Shown here: positions 49,618 through 59,189 of the stretch, piece by piece
How positions within the stretch are numbered: position 1 is the stretch's first letter
Layout of the letters: each line of letters opens with the position of its first letter
NCBI GenBank assembly: GCA_965214755.1
Contig: OZ243979.1
Location: 1,923,251-1,987,250, forward strand
Length of the DNA: 64,000 bases
Source of the DNA: an uncultured Candidatus Binatia bacterium
GTDB taxonomy: Bacteria; Desulfobacterota; Binatia; Bin18
Reading direction: 5' to 3'
Notes under the pieces: model-generated
What the model was told of the DNA's origin: nothing
Seen by the model: only the letters and a program-made list of their open reading frames with translations
Databases searched by the model: none
Program-made: the position numbers and the translations under genes

Positions 49618-49940
49618 CTATAGTCTCCCAAGCTCACTGAGCCGGTGCGGAAGCAGAGAGCGCTCGGGCACAGCTTCCGGTTCTCGATCGATAACGACCA
49701 GAAAGGCTCGCGACGGGCCGGACGGGCTTCGTCTGTGCTGCTCCCAGCCCTGCGCCGTGCGCTTGCTCACCCCAAAATGTCGCGCAAATTCCTCCTGCGA
49801 CACGCAGACCTTCCCCCGGATGTTTTCACATCAAGTCTCTCTGGAATATGGACACCGTACTGGTGCGTTTCGGCTGTCCCCTTTGCATAGGCTAAAGCCT
49901 GCCGGGCACTCTTCAGCATCCTGCTTCCTGGCTTACTCAT
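49618..49940 (-). pseudogene. XRE/HigA-like HTH antitoxin-type regulator, frameshifted at an A4 run
   Basis: N-terminal part MSKPGSRMLKSARQALAYAKG...LDVK, then a frame change into ...SQEEFARHFGVSKRTAQGWEQHRRSPSGPSRAFLVVIDREPEAV. Confidence 0.5.
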
Positions 49941-50071
49941 GGCGTTTTGCCCCTTAATTTAGACGGCTTGTTCTTCTTCATCCTCATCTGTCACACTTCT
50001 ACGCTTGACAGACGATTTGTGGTCTTTCAAGCTATGCGGTAAAGCGTACTGATGAGGAAAAAGGAGGCTGC

Positions 50072-50545
50072 ATGATTGCCCTGACCGTGAACGGAACGGA
50101 ACACAGCGTTGATGTCAGCTCAGACATGCGGCTGCTGTGGGTGTTGCGCGATATCCTGGGGTTGACCGGAACGAAATTCGGCTGTGGCATGTCCCTGTGT
50201 GGAGCCTGCACCGTCTATCTGGATGGCGAACCGGTGCGCTCCTGCGTCATGCCGGTCTCTATTGCCGCAGGCAAAAAAATTACGACCATAGAAGGGCTCT
50301 CCACAGATGGCAGCCACCCCTTGCAGCAGGCATGGATTGAACATCAGGTGCCGCAGTGCGGGTATTGTCAGACCGGCATGATTATGTCAGCCGCCGCGCT
50401 GCTGAAGAAAAAACCTCAGCCAACCGATGCCGACATCAACGAAGCCGTGACGAATATCTGCCGTTGCGGGACGTATGCGCGTATTCGGGCCGCCATTCAT
50501 ACTGCCGCCAAAAAATCCAACCCGGACAACGGGATGAAGGGATAA
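50072..50545 (+). CDS. (2Fe-2S)-binding small subunit of an xanthine dehydrogenase-family molybdoenzyme (IorA/CoxS-like)
   Basis: Two [2Fe-2S] Cys clusters (CGxSLCGACT; CGYCQ...CRCG). Confidence 0.85.
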   Translation: MIALTVNGTEHSVDVSSDMRLLWVLRDILGLTGTKFGCGMSLCGACTVYLDGEPVRSCVMPVSIAAGKKITTIEGLSTDGSHPLQQAWIEHQVPQCGYCQTGMIMSAAALLKKKPQPTDADINEAVTNICRCGTYARIRAAIHTAAKKSNPDNGMKG

Positions 50546-50555
50546 GGACGCGCCC

Positions 50556-52730
50556 ATGAACCAGATATCGAATATGTCCCGTCGTTCGTTTTTGTTACGC
50601 TCGGCTGCAGTCGGGGGCGGACTGCTGCTGGAAGTGACGCTTCCCAAGTCTTCTGTCGCCGAGGCCGAGCAGGCGGCTGAGACCAGTCCCGAAGTGACGG
50701 CCTGGGTCCTGATTCGGTCGAATGATACCATCGTCATTCGCGTCGCACGGGTGGAAATGGGCCAGGGTAGCTTTACCGGTCTGCCCATGCTGGTTGCCGA
50801 AGAGTTAGCCTGTGACTGGAGCAAGGTCCAGGCCGAGTATGCGTCAACGAGCGAACATCTGCGGCGTAATCGTATTTTTCGGACCATGCTGACTGGTGGT
50901 AGCCGGTCGATCCGTGACAGCCAGGAGTATCTGCGCACCGCCGGGGCCGCGGCCCGCCTGATGCTGACCACCGCGGCCGCGCGGCGCTGGGGTGTGCCGG
51001 CCGCGGAATGCGTCGCCGAGAACAGCCTCATCACCCATACCCCAACCCAGCGGCAGGTCAGCTTTGGAGCGGTAGCGGCTGAGGCGGCCATGCTCGATAT
51101 TCCCGAAAATCCACCGCTCAAAGACCCCGCAGACTGGACCCTTTTGGGCCAACCGGCCGCACGGTTTGACATCCCGGGTAAGGTGACGGGCAAGACCGCC
51201 TTTGCGATCGATACGCGGCTGACCGGCATGGTCTATGCCGCGATTGCCCAGTGCCCGGTGTTCGGCGGCAGCCTGAAAAGCGCGGATGCCAAAAAAATTG
51301 CCGACATGCGCGGGGTGGTCAAGATCGTTCCCCTGGAAGACGCGGTCGTCGTCGTTGCCAAAGAAAGCTGGTGGAACGCGCAGCAGGCGCTCCGCGCGCT
51401 TCCGATTGAGTGGGATTTTGGTGAGCATTCACAGGTCAGCAGCGACAGCATCCTGGAGTTTCTGCGCGAGGGTATAGAACTCGAAAAAGCGCCGGTCTCA
51501 CGTCAGCAAGGCGATATCGAAAGCGCATTTTCCAGCGCGGCCACAACCATCGAAGCCGACTATTATGCCCCTTATCTTGAGCACGCCACCATGGAACCCC
51601 AGAACTGTACGGCGCTGTATACGGATCAGCGGGTTGACGTCTGGGCACCGGCCCAGAACAGTGAGGCTACCGCGGCCGTGACGGCTGAAACCGCAGACGT
51701 TCCGGTGAGTCGGGTCGAGGTCCACAAGGTTCATCTTGGAGGGGGCTTTGGGCGGCGCGGAATGCACATCGAGTTTGTTCGTCAGGCCGTCAGGGTTGCC
51801 AAGACCATGCCCGGCACCCCGGTACAATTGATCTGGTCCAGAGAAGAGGACATCCAGCACGGTCGCTATCGACCGGTAGCCCTGGTTCGCATGAGAGCCG
51901 CGCTCAACGCGGTCGGGGAACCAACCGCCTGGACCGTGCGGCAGGCCGAGCAGTCAATTTTCAGTGAAGTCCGCCCCCATCTGATTCGGGACGGGGTTGA
52001 TATCGTCGGTGTTCGGACTTTTGCCGACGCGCCGTATACCTTTCCGAACATGCATATGGAATACGCCATGCGCAATACCCACGTGCCGCCAGGACCGTGG
52101 CGAGCTGTGGCGCATACCCATAATCCGTTCTTTCGGGAGAGTTTTATTGATGAGTTAGCCCATGCGGCCGAGCAGGACCCCTACCAATTTCGACGTACAC
52201 TCCTCCAGACTCCCCAGGCGTCGAAGGACCTGACCATTCTGGACGCGGTCGCTGAGGCAGCCGGATGGGACAGCCCTCTACCGGAAGGCGTCCACCGCGG
52301 GATTGCCGTACAGGATTCCTACGGGAGCTATACCGCGGCAGTGATTGAAGCCTCGGTTAATGGTGAAGGTGAGTTGACTATCCATCGCGTGGTTATTGGT
52401 ATTGACTGCGGCTATGTGGCCAATCCCGATTCGGTCCGGGCCCAGCTCGAAGGCAGTGTCGTCTACGGCCTGACAGCCGCGCTGTACGGAGAGATCACCA
52501 TTAAGGAGGGCCGGGTTGAACAGTCAAATTTTCATGACTACCGGATGATGCGGATAGCCGAGATGCCCACGGTTGAGGTAGTCCTCAAGCCGACCGGCGG
52601 TTTTTGGGGCGGCGCGGGCGAGCCCGGCATGGCCCCGCTTGCGCCGGCGCTGTGCAATGCCATCTTTGCGGCAACTGGCAAGCGCATTCGTTCGTTGCCG
52701 TTAAAGAATCATGATTTACGCCCGGCCTAG
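50556..52730 (+). CDS. Molybdopterin-binding large subunit (isoquinoline 1-oxidoreductase beta / aldehyde dehydrogenase family), Tat signal
   Basis: RRSFLLRSAAVGGG Tat motif. 724 aa, XDH-family MoCo domains. Confidence 0.8.
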   Translation: MNQISNMSRRSFLLRSAAVGGGLLLEVTLPKSSVAEAEQAAETSPEVTAWVLIRSNDTIVIRVARVEMGQGSFTGLPMLVAEELACDWSKVQAEYASTSEHLRRNRIFRTMLTGGSRSIRDSQEYLRTAGAAARLMLTTAAARRWGVPAAECVAENSLITHTPTQRQVSFGAVAAEAAMLDIPENPPLKDPADWTLLGQPAARFDIPGKVTGKTAFAIDTRLTGMVYAAIAQCPVFGGSLKSADAKKIADMRGVVKIVPLEDAVVVVAKESWWNAQQALRALPIEWDFGEHSQVSSDSILEFLREGIELEKAPVSRQQGDIESAFSSAATTIEADYYAPYLEHATMEPQNCTALYTDQRVDVWAPAQNSEATAAVTAETADVPVSRVEVHKVHLGGGFGRRGMHIEFVRQAVRVAKTMPGTPVQLIWSREEDIQHGRYRPVALVRMRAALNAVGEPTAWTVRQAEQSIFSEVRPHLIRDGVDIVGVRTFADAPYTFPNMHMEYAMRNTHVPPGPWRAVAHTHNPFFRESFIDELAHAAEQDPYQFRRTLLQTPQASKDLTILDAVAEAAGWDSPLPEGVHRGIAVQDSYGSYTAAVIEASVNGEGELTIHRVVIGIDCGYVANPDSVRAQLEGSVVYGLTAALYGEITIKEGRVEQSNFHDYRMMRIAEMPTVEVVLKPTGGFWGGAGEPGMAPLAPALCNAIFAATGKRIRSLPLKNHDLRPA

Positions 52731-53193
52731 TCGCCTGTCACGACGGCGCGTACTCGTCAGGCTGCTTTGCTCTCTGGGCTGCCTACTCGTACCGCTCAGG
52801 AAGGCGCGTTCGGCAGACGCGCTTCCCGAGAAGCTCGTGCCGCTCATTCGCGAAGCAACTGGAGGGGTGACGCCCCAGGTCGGCCGTGTCACACTCACTC
52901 TGCCCACCCTGGCCGAAAGTGGCCATTCCGTGCGGCTGCGGGTCCGGGTCGAGAGTCCGATGACGCCACAGGCCTATGTGAAGCGAATTCATATTTTTTC
53001 GGAAAAGAACCCCAGACCGGTTATTGCCCGCTTCTCGCTGGGGCCGCGGGCCGGACGGGCCGAAGTGCACACCCGGATTCGACTGGCCGGCACCCAGCAG
53101 GTTGTGGCGGTTGCCGTCCTGAATGACGGCACGGCCTGGATGGCAAGCGCGGAAGTCGTTGTTACGGCCGCGGCCTGTGTTGAAGGAAGCTAA
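52711..53193 (+). CDS. soxY: SoxY-like sulfur carrier protein with non-canonical C-terminus (…AAACVEGS instead of GGCGG)
   Basis: Strong match to the SoxY core (...VRVESPMTPQAYVKRIHIFSEKNPRPVIARF...EVHTRIRLAGTQQVVAVAVLNDGTAWMASAEV...). Tat-like signal. Confidence 0.75.
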   Translation: MIYARPSRLSRRRVLVRLLCSLGCLLVPLRKARSADALPEKLVPLIREATGGVTPQVGRVTLTLPTLAESGHSVRLRVRVESPMTPQAYVKRIHIFSEKNPRPVIARFSLGPRAGRAEVHTRIRLAGTQQVVAVAVLNDGTAWMASAEVVVTAAACVEGS

Positions 53194-53209
53194 GCGGACG
53201 GCATTCGGC

Positions 53210-53533
53210 ATGGCCAAGGCGAGAATCAAAGTCCCTCAGGTTGTCAAGCGCGGAACGGTCTTTGAGGTGCGTTTGCTCATCCGCCATCCCATGGAAACGG
53301 GTTTCCGGTATAACAACGTGGGCCAAAAGATTCCCAAAAACATCGTACATACCGTCCGGTGTGTGTACAACGGCGCGGAGGTTTTCCATGCGGAGTTATT
53401 CCCCGGCATTGCCGCCAATCCGTATTTCTCATTTTTTACCACAGCTGAAGTGTCGGGCGAGTTGGATTGTGTGTGGACAGACGACACCGGAGTCACGACA
53501 TCCGAGCGCGTAGGGCTCACGGTCAGCGAATGA
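53210..53533 (+). CDS. soxZ: SoxZ sulfur compound chelating protein
   Basis: RIKVPQVVKRGTVFEVRLLIRHPMETG...ANPYFSFF... matches the SoxZ family. Start at MAKARIK. Confidence 0.8.
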   Translation: MAKARIKVPQVVKRGTVFEVRLLIRHPMETGFRYNNVGQKIPKNIVHTVRCVYNGAEVFHAELFPGIAANPYFSFFTTAEVSGELDCVWTDDTGVTTSERVGLTVSE

Positions 53534-53871
53534 AACGGCCGCTTGTCCTGCGCCATACGTGCCAGCTCTTCGCCCTGCTGGCAGGTCTGCTGACGGTCCC
53601 TGCCTTAGCGAGTGCGGCCCCCATTCAGACACGCGGCGCGGCCTGGGCTCAGGCGTGTGCGGCCTGTCATGGTCCTGACGGGCAGAGTCAGGGAGCGATT
53701 CCTGCTCTTGACACGCTGTCACCCGAGGACTTCAGGACGGCCATGCAGGCGTTTCGGACCGAAGAGCGTCAGGGAACCGTGATGAATCAGATTGCCAAGG
53801 GGCTGAGTGAGGCGGACATTGAGGCAGTAACAACCCATTTCGCGGCCATGTGGCCACGCAGACAGCAGTAG
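53530..53871 (+). CDS. Monoheme c-type cytochrome (FccA-like), overlapping soxZ stop (ATGA)
   Basis: Signal peptide. Single CAACH haem-binding motif. Confidence 0.7.
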   Translation: MKRPLVLRHTCQLFALLAGLLTVPALASAAPIQTRGAAWAQACAACHGPDGQSQGAIPALDTLSPEDFRTAMQAFRTEERQGTVMNQIAKGLSEADIEAVTTHFAAMWPRRQQ

Positions 53872-55146
53872 ATGTCTTTTTTCACCCGCCGTCAATTCTT
53901 CGGCATAGCCGGGAGCCTTCCCTTTGCTCGTCTGCTGACCGGCAGAGCGCGGGCGAACACCCATGCCAGGGTCGTCGTTGTTGGCGGAGGTTTTGGCGGG
54001 ACGACCTGTGCAAAATATTTACGCTTAGCTGACCCAAGCCTGGAGGTCACGCTGGTGACCCCACAGCGTCAGTTTATCACCTGTCCGTTCAGCAATGCGG
54101 CCCTAGTTGGTCTGCGTTCACTTACCTCGTTGACCTATACCTACCGGCGGCTCCGGGAACGCTATGGCGTACAGATTGTCCACGCCCGGGCACAGGAGCT
54201 TGATCCGATCGCGCAGCGCCTCATACTCAGTGATGGTAGTACAGTGGCCTATGACAGGCTTGTCTTGTCCCCTGGTGTTGAACTGCGTTGGGACGCAATA
54301 GAAGGTTACAACGCTGAAGCCAGTACGGTGTTCCCGCACGCTTGGCAGGCCGGTTCGCAAACGCTGCTGCTGCGCCGCCAACTGGAGGCCATGGAGGATG
54401 ATGGGCTGGTGGTGATCAGCGCGCCGGAGACGCCCTACCGCTGTCCACCAGGGCCGTACGAGCGGGCCAGTTTGATTGCCCACTATCTCAAAACCCACAA
54501 GCCAAAATCAAAAGTCTTATTACTTGACGCTAAGGACGGTTTTACTAAGGACAGGCTGTTTCTGGCCGCGTGGAAACGGCTGTATCCGAGTCTGCTCGAA
54601 TGGGTACCCGGCGCGCAGGGTGGGCGGGTCACCCACGTTGATACTCGGGCCGGCATCGTCCGCACAGAGTTTGACGAGTATAAACCCGCGGTAGCTAACC
54701 TCGTTGCCCCGCAGCGCGCGGCGGCCATTGCACGGGCAGGCAGCCTCGACGCCGGCACAGGCTGGTGCCCCGTACACGGCAGTACATTTGAATCCCGGGT
54801 ACATGCCAATGTTCATATTATTGGCGACGCGGCTATCGCCAACCCCATGCCCAAATCCGCCTTTAGCGCCAATAATCAGGCCAAGGTCTGCGCCGCGGCC
54901 ATTGTGGCCCTGCTTCGGGGCGAGCCGATTGCATCGCCGGCATTGATGAATACCTGCTACAGCCTTGTCGCGCCTGACTACGGCATCTCTATCAGTGCGG
55001 TGTATTCCGTCGAAAACGACGCGATTCAGATTGTCCCAGGGTCGAGCGGAACCAGTCCGCCTGACGCGCCGGAGACAACCCGCGCGCTCGAAGCGGCCTA
55101 CGCCCACTCATGGTACGCCAATATTACAGCCGATACGTTTGGGTAG
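53872..55146 (+). CDS. fccB: Flavocytochrome c sulfide dehydrogenase flavoprotein subunit (FccB/SoxF-like), Tat signal
   Basis: RRQFF Tat motif. VVVVGGGFGGTTCAKY FAD-binding. FCSD family length. Confidence 0.8.
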   Translation: MSFFTRRQFFGIAGSLPFARLLTGRARANTHARVVVVGGGFGGTTCAKYLRLADPSLEVTLVTPQRQFITCPFSNAALVGLRSLTSLTYTYRRLRERYGVQIVHARAQELDPIAQRLILSDGSTVAYDRLVLSPGVELRWDAIEGYNAEASTVFPHAWQAGSQTLLLRRQLEAMEDDGLVVISAPETPYRCPPGPYERASLIAHYLKTHKPKSKVLLLDAKDGFTKDRLFLAAWKRLYPSLLEWVPGAQGGRVTHVDTRAGIVRTEFDEYKPAVANLVAPQRAAAIARAGSLDAGTGWCPVHGSTFESRVHANVHIIGDAAIANPMPKSAFSANNQAKVCAAAIVALLRGEPIASPALMNTCYSLVAPDYGISISAVYSVENDAIQIVPGSSGTSPPDAPETTRALEAAYAHSWYANITADTFG

Positions 55147-55159
55147 AGGCGACGCTCCG

Positions 55160-56452
55160 ATGCACGGAAGCTATTGGAAAACTTTTGTCATTCAGGTCTG
55201 GATCGGACTTCTGGTGCTGGACGATCTCTACGCCCAGGGGAATTGGCAGGTCGACGGGCCGCAGGCCCGGCATGAAGGGATTCCCGTCTCATTGACCGAC
55301 CAGCCCGGCGATGCGGAGCGGGGATGGCGCATTGTGCTCGACCGGGAGCGCGGTGATTGTGTGGTGTGTCATGCCCTGCCGCAAAGAGGAAACATGTCTT
55401 CCAATAGGCAGGCAGATGTTGACACGTTTCCTCTTTTGCCCGAACGCCGCTTTCACGGTACGGTAGGACCGTCCCTAGACACTATTGGGAATCACTATAC
55501 CGCTGCTGAGTTACGTCTGCGCCTGCTAGACTCCAAAGCGCTGAACCCTCAATCCATCATGCCGGCGTATCATACGGCGGCGGGCTTGCATGCCGTACTC
55601 GAAGCCTACCGGGGCAAGCCGATCCTCAGTGCGCAGGAAATCGAAGATGTTGTGGCCTATCTCTTGACCCTTCGTCAGAACGCTTCACAGGCTGCAGAAG
55701 CTCCCCAAAATCCGAGCGGTCCGCACCGCGAGACTTCTCCATACAGTGTGGCAGGCCGTCGCTCCGGTTATACCTATCTGTCGGAGGAGCACAGACAGTT
55801 ACAGGATGACGCGTTTGGCAATCCGGGGATGTTATGGGTCGAACGTGGCCGGGCGTTATGGGGCCAGACTCAAGGCGACAGCCAGCAGGCGTGCGCTGGT
55901 TGTCATGGAGACGCGGCAACAAGCATGCGCGGGGTGCGGACCCGCTATCCACAATTCGACCCTCGCACAGAGAAACTCATCAATCTGGGGCAGCGGATTA
56001 ACCGCTGTCGCACGGAGCAGCTCCAGGCCAAAGCCTATCCGTATGAATCCGAAGCCTTGTTGGCGCTCAGCGCATTTGTGAGTTTTCAGTCACGCAGGAT
56101 GCCGCTTGATGTGGACATCGAGGGACCGGCCGCACCGTTCTTCGAGACGGGTAAAGCATTCTTCATGCGCCGCCGCGGCCAGCTCGACATGGCGTGCAGC
56201 CAGTGCCACGATGCGTATGCCGGGCAACGCCTGCGGGGTGAGGTCGTCAGCCAGGGACAGACCAGCGGCTTCCCCGTCTATCGGCTGAGCTGGCAAACAC
56301 TGGGGTCGACGCACCGCATGTTTGCCTGGTGCAACACCGCAATTCGTGCCCAACCCCTGGCCCACGGGGCTGACGACTATGTGAATCTGGAATTATATCT
56401 GGCCTGGCGCGGCCGCGGCTTGCCGGTAGAGACGCCGGGCGTGCGGCGGTGA
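55160..56452 (+). CDS. soxXA: Fused SoxX-SoxA c-type cytochrome (three CxxCH motifs)
   Basis: N-terminal SoxX-like part (CVVCHAL...MPAY...VVAYLLTL). C-terminal SoxA-like part (CAGCHG; CSQCHDAYAGQRLRGE...FPVYRLSWQTLGSTHRMFAWCN...VETPGVRR). Confidence 0.75.
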   Translation: MHGSYWKTFVIQVWIGLLVLDDLYAQGNWQVDGPQARHEGIPVSLTDQPGDAERGWRIVLDRERGDCVVCHALPQRGNMSSNRQADVDTFPLLPERRFHGTVGPSLDTIGNHYTAAELRLRLLDSKALNPQSIMPAYHTAAGLHAVLEAYRGKPILSAQEIEDVVAYLLTLRQNASQAAEAPQNPSGPHRETSPYSVAGRRSGYTYLSEEHRQLQDDAFGNPGMLWVERGRALWGQTQGDSQQACAGCHGDAATSMRGVRTRYPQFDPRTEKLINLGQRINRCRTEQLQAKAYPYESEALLALSAFVSFQSRRMPLDVDIEGPAAPFFETGKAFFMRRRGQLDMACSQCHDAYAGQRLRGEVVSQGQTSGFPVYRLSWQTLGSTHRMFAWCNTAIRAQPLAHGADDYVNLELYLAWRGRGLPVETPGVRR

Positions 56453-56517
56453 AGGCAGGTAATAGATTTATGTTGCAAAGGTGAAGGCCTAACCCCTTGT
56501 TTATTTTTGACGATGTA

Positions 56518-57066
56518 TTACGTGAGAGTTCCCTCGAAGGGAAAATTGTCAAAAACTAATTTGGCAAGAACGTATATGCCCTGGTAGTCGTACTTCCGCC
56601 CTAATTTCGGTTCCCAATATCTCCCATGTGCCAACCAGTGTCTATATTTGAACGCGCCTCTCAAGTCAGAGAGGATACTGGACGCCACAGACGAGTTATC
56701 CTTCCATGCCGAAAAGATGTCGTCCTCTAAGGACACGCGTATTCCCTTTTGTTTGTGAATATCTCGGAGAGCTCTTGATAGGTGATCTTTTCTTCTCTTG
56801 TAGCAACGTTGCAAAAAATCAACACGAAACGCAGCTTCTAGGGCAGCAAGGACATTCATGGCTGAATTGTGATCGTGCTCTTCAAGAGTAACGCGCATTT
56901 CATTATAGATCTCGTCCAGAGTGTAACCGAAGAAGCGAACCTCATAGCGTGGGTTAATAGTGGAAAAATAATTTCTGATCGATGCCGCGATATCTTCATA
57001 ATATTGATTGATCTCAGAGATCTCGAGGTTCTCACCAGAGAAACTCACCCGCACCAGTCTACCCAT
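56518..57066 (-). CDS. Hypothetical protein with an Rx4H (RHWLAH) motif, possible HEPN-like; low-GC island
   Basis: 182 aa. Overlaps the upstream gene by 8 nt. No confident family assignment. Confidence 0.4.
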   Translation of the reverse strand: MGRLVRVSFSGENLEISEINQYYEDIAASIRNYFSTINPRYEVRFFGYTLDEIYNEMRVTLEEHDHNSAMNVLAALEAAFRVDFLQRCYKRRKDHLSRALRDIHKQKGIRVSLEDDIFSAWKDNSSVASSILSDLRGAFKYRHWLAHGRYWEPKLGRKYDYQGIYVLAKLVFDNFPFEGTLT

Positions 57067-57598
57067 TTACAACTTCCATCATTGCCGAGTAAAAAGACTC
57101 TTCTTCCAGTTCTATATATTTAATGTTGGGGGGGGGGGTCGCTATCTTCCACGCCCATTCGGTAATAGACGGTTTTGCCTCTTGAGTAGGTAGCTCTTCG
57201 CCCGGACCCCTTACGCGAATGCTTATTTTCGGTCCTGACGAACTCTGAGGCACGAGGACAAACCTTACTGTTCCCCGCGGACCGTTCATGTCCACTCTTC
57301 CCTTAGCACCGATGAGGTTGGTTCCAATTGGTTCAAAGTGAATCTTGCTGCTTCCGATCGTTACAACGAGAAACTGAGCATCATAGATTCCGATGGACCC
57401 CTCATGCAATTGTCTTTTCCCGGAGTCTATCTGGACTTTTCCTTCGACAACATACTTCTGCAAAAAGCGTTTAACTCGGTTATAAAATTCATCTAGATAC
57501 TCCATCCACTCCTCAAGCTGTTTGCTCCAATCAATTTCCTGTTGGGAGGTCCATTCTGCTTGCTGGTTGACAAATTCATCAAAGAATTTACTGCTCAT
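57059..57598 (-). CDS. Hypothetical protein containing a C11 homopolymer tract (encodes TPPPN)
   Basis: 179 aa, low GC. The G11 run at 57128-57138 on the plus strand lies inside the coding sequence. Confidence 0.4.
   Translation of the reverse strand: MSSKFFDEFVNQQAEWTSQQEIDWSKQLEEWMEYLDEFYNRVKRFLQKYVVEGKVQIDSGKRQLHEGSIGIYDAQFLVVTIGSSKIHFEPIGTNLIGAKGRVDMNGPRGTVRFVLVPQSSSGPKISIRVRGPGEELPTQEAKPSITEWAWKIATPPPNIKYIELEEESFYSAMMEVVNG
57128..57138. repeat. G11/C11 homopolymeric tract inside a CDS
   Basis: 11 consecutive G (plus strand), in frame in the current sequence. Confidence 0.9.
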
Positions 57599-57784
57599 GG
57601 GAATTCCCTCTTCCTGTGGTGCACGTGGCAGACGGCATTCAGACCGGGCCGTATATTTACCCTACTAATTTCAGATATTCAGCCTATCTGTATGTTCATC
57701 AGATGGGCTCTCATACTCCTCAGTTAGCTTTACACTATCTCAGGACTTTCGAGAATAGAAAAGAGTCTTAAAGGAGCTTGGACT

Positions 57785-58354
57785 ATGAACCGACTGCTGA
57801 CACATTATTGCGTTGACGTACAACATCCCGAGGTCAGCGGCGCGGAGCATCTGGAAATGTTAAAGATTCGGGATCAATTGTCGGATGTTGAGGCAACGCT
57901 GAGCGAAGCAGAACGGCAACAGTTAGCCGAGGCCGACCGGCTGCTGGTCATGCAAGCGGAGGTCGTCTCTCGGGGTTTGCTGAAATTTCTTAACCTTTCC
58001 CAGCATCGTCAGACTACCCACATCCCACCGGAGCGGTGGTGGTATCTGGACGTTGTCCGCCATGTTCCCTATCTAGGGCAAGTCAAAAAAGCCATCACCT
58101 CTATTAAGAAAGATGTTTTCCTCACAGGTGACGTTTTACGAGTACTTAAGGGCCACTATTACAGCGACACAAAAACACCAGCGGGTGCTTCTCGTAATGC
58201 TCAGTTTGGGAAGTTCCTGAAAAGAAACGCCCTGGATTTGGGCATCATTGAAGTGGAGAGCCTTGTTCGAACTAAAGATGACGCCGGTAACAGAACGACC
58301 AACTCTAGGTGGCGAAAAAGCGACTCACGAGGAGATCGAATAGCGCCTTGGTGA
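57785..58354 (+). CDS. Hypothetical protein
   Basis: 189-aa ORF in the low-GC island. No recognised domain. Confidence 0.35.
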   Translation: MNRLLTHYCVDVQHPEVSGAEHLEMLKIRDQLSDVEATLSEAERQQLAEADRLLVMQAEVVSRGLLKFLNLSQHRQTTHIPPERWWYLDVVRHVPYLGQVKKAITSIKKDVFLTGDVLRVLKGHYYSDTKTPAGASRNAQFGKFLKRNALDLGIIEVESLVRTKDDAGNRTTNSRWRKSDSRGDRIAPW

Positions 58355-58435
58355 GCTCGATTCTGGCCATATGGAGCTTGTAGCATGGGAAGTAAGCCGT
58401 AGGGTGGCTTGCGCTCCGCTAATCCAACCTACTTC

Positions 58436-58977
58436 ATTCTTTCTTGAATTCGTCCCAAATATCGGAAAGCCAAATTACCTTATCCGCGTAGCTTTGAAGA
58501 TCTGGAGATAGACTATTTTCGTATCCAGTAATCCATATCTCTTTGTGTAATTCCTCTTTATGCGAAGGCAATTGCGTCTTCAAAATCGCCATCCCCTGCT
58601 GAGAGTATAAGACGCGCGTACTGGTCCTGCGCGGTCAGTTTTACGATGAGGGTAGCTATGCCAACATCTACCCCTTTCTGTACAGTTTTTTTGAACTGAT
58701 TATTACACTCATGACATTCCATATGGATATTTTTCAGCTTATAGAGCATAACTCTCATCTTTGGACCTCGCGGGGGAGCAGATTTAAGCTAGGTATGAAA
58801 ACTATCCTGAGCATCCGTAGGTGGGTTTGGAGTCGAATCTAGATAGAAGCTCTCGGCGAACGGAGTCTAGATCTCTTTTTCAAGTACCTTTTTTAACCGT
58901 AGGTAGTCGAACTTGCCCTTGTCTTGGTATGCACTGAACAGGTAGCCCGCGTCAGCGATCCAAATGTTTCGTTCCTT
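58436..58977 (-). pseudogene. NYN/LabA-like (PIN-fold) protein gene with two in-frame TAG codons and a terminal T-insertion frameshift
   Basis: MEKERNIWIADAGYLF...EKEI TAG ...TAG...MECHECNNQFKKTVQKGVDVGIATL...SAGDGDFEDAIAFA, then frame +1 ...EELHKEIWITGYENSLSPDLQSYADKVIWL. Confidence 0.6.
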
Positions 58978-59189
58978 TTCCATTGTATTAATCTCCCTTG
59001 CGCCTGTTAAAAATATGGAGGTATCGGATTACGCGCCGCCCATCCGCCCACCGCTTACACCTCTCCCCGTGGCCCCGGGATGCCCGGAATCTTCACCCAC
59101 ATCCTGCCCATCTCACCAAACGTAGGGATAAACAAGGTCTTCCAGTCATCGCCCCGCCCAGCGGTGGGGGGCGTAATAGCTCAGCCCTA

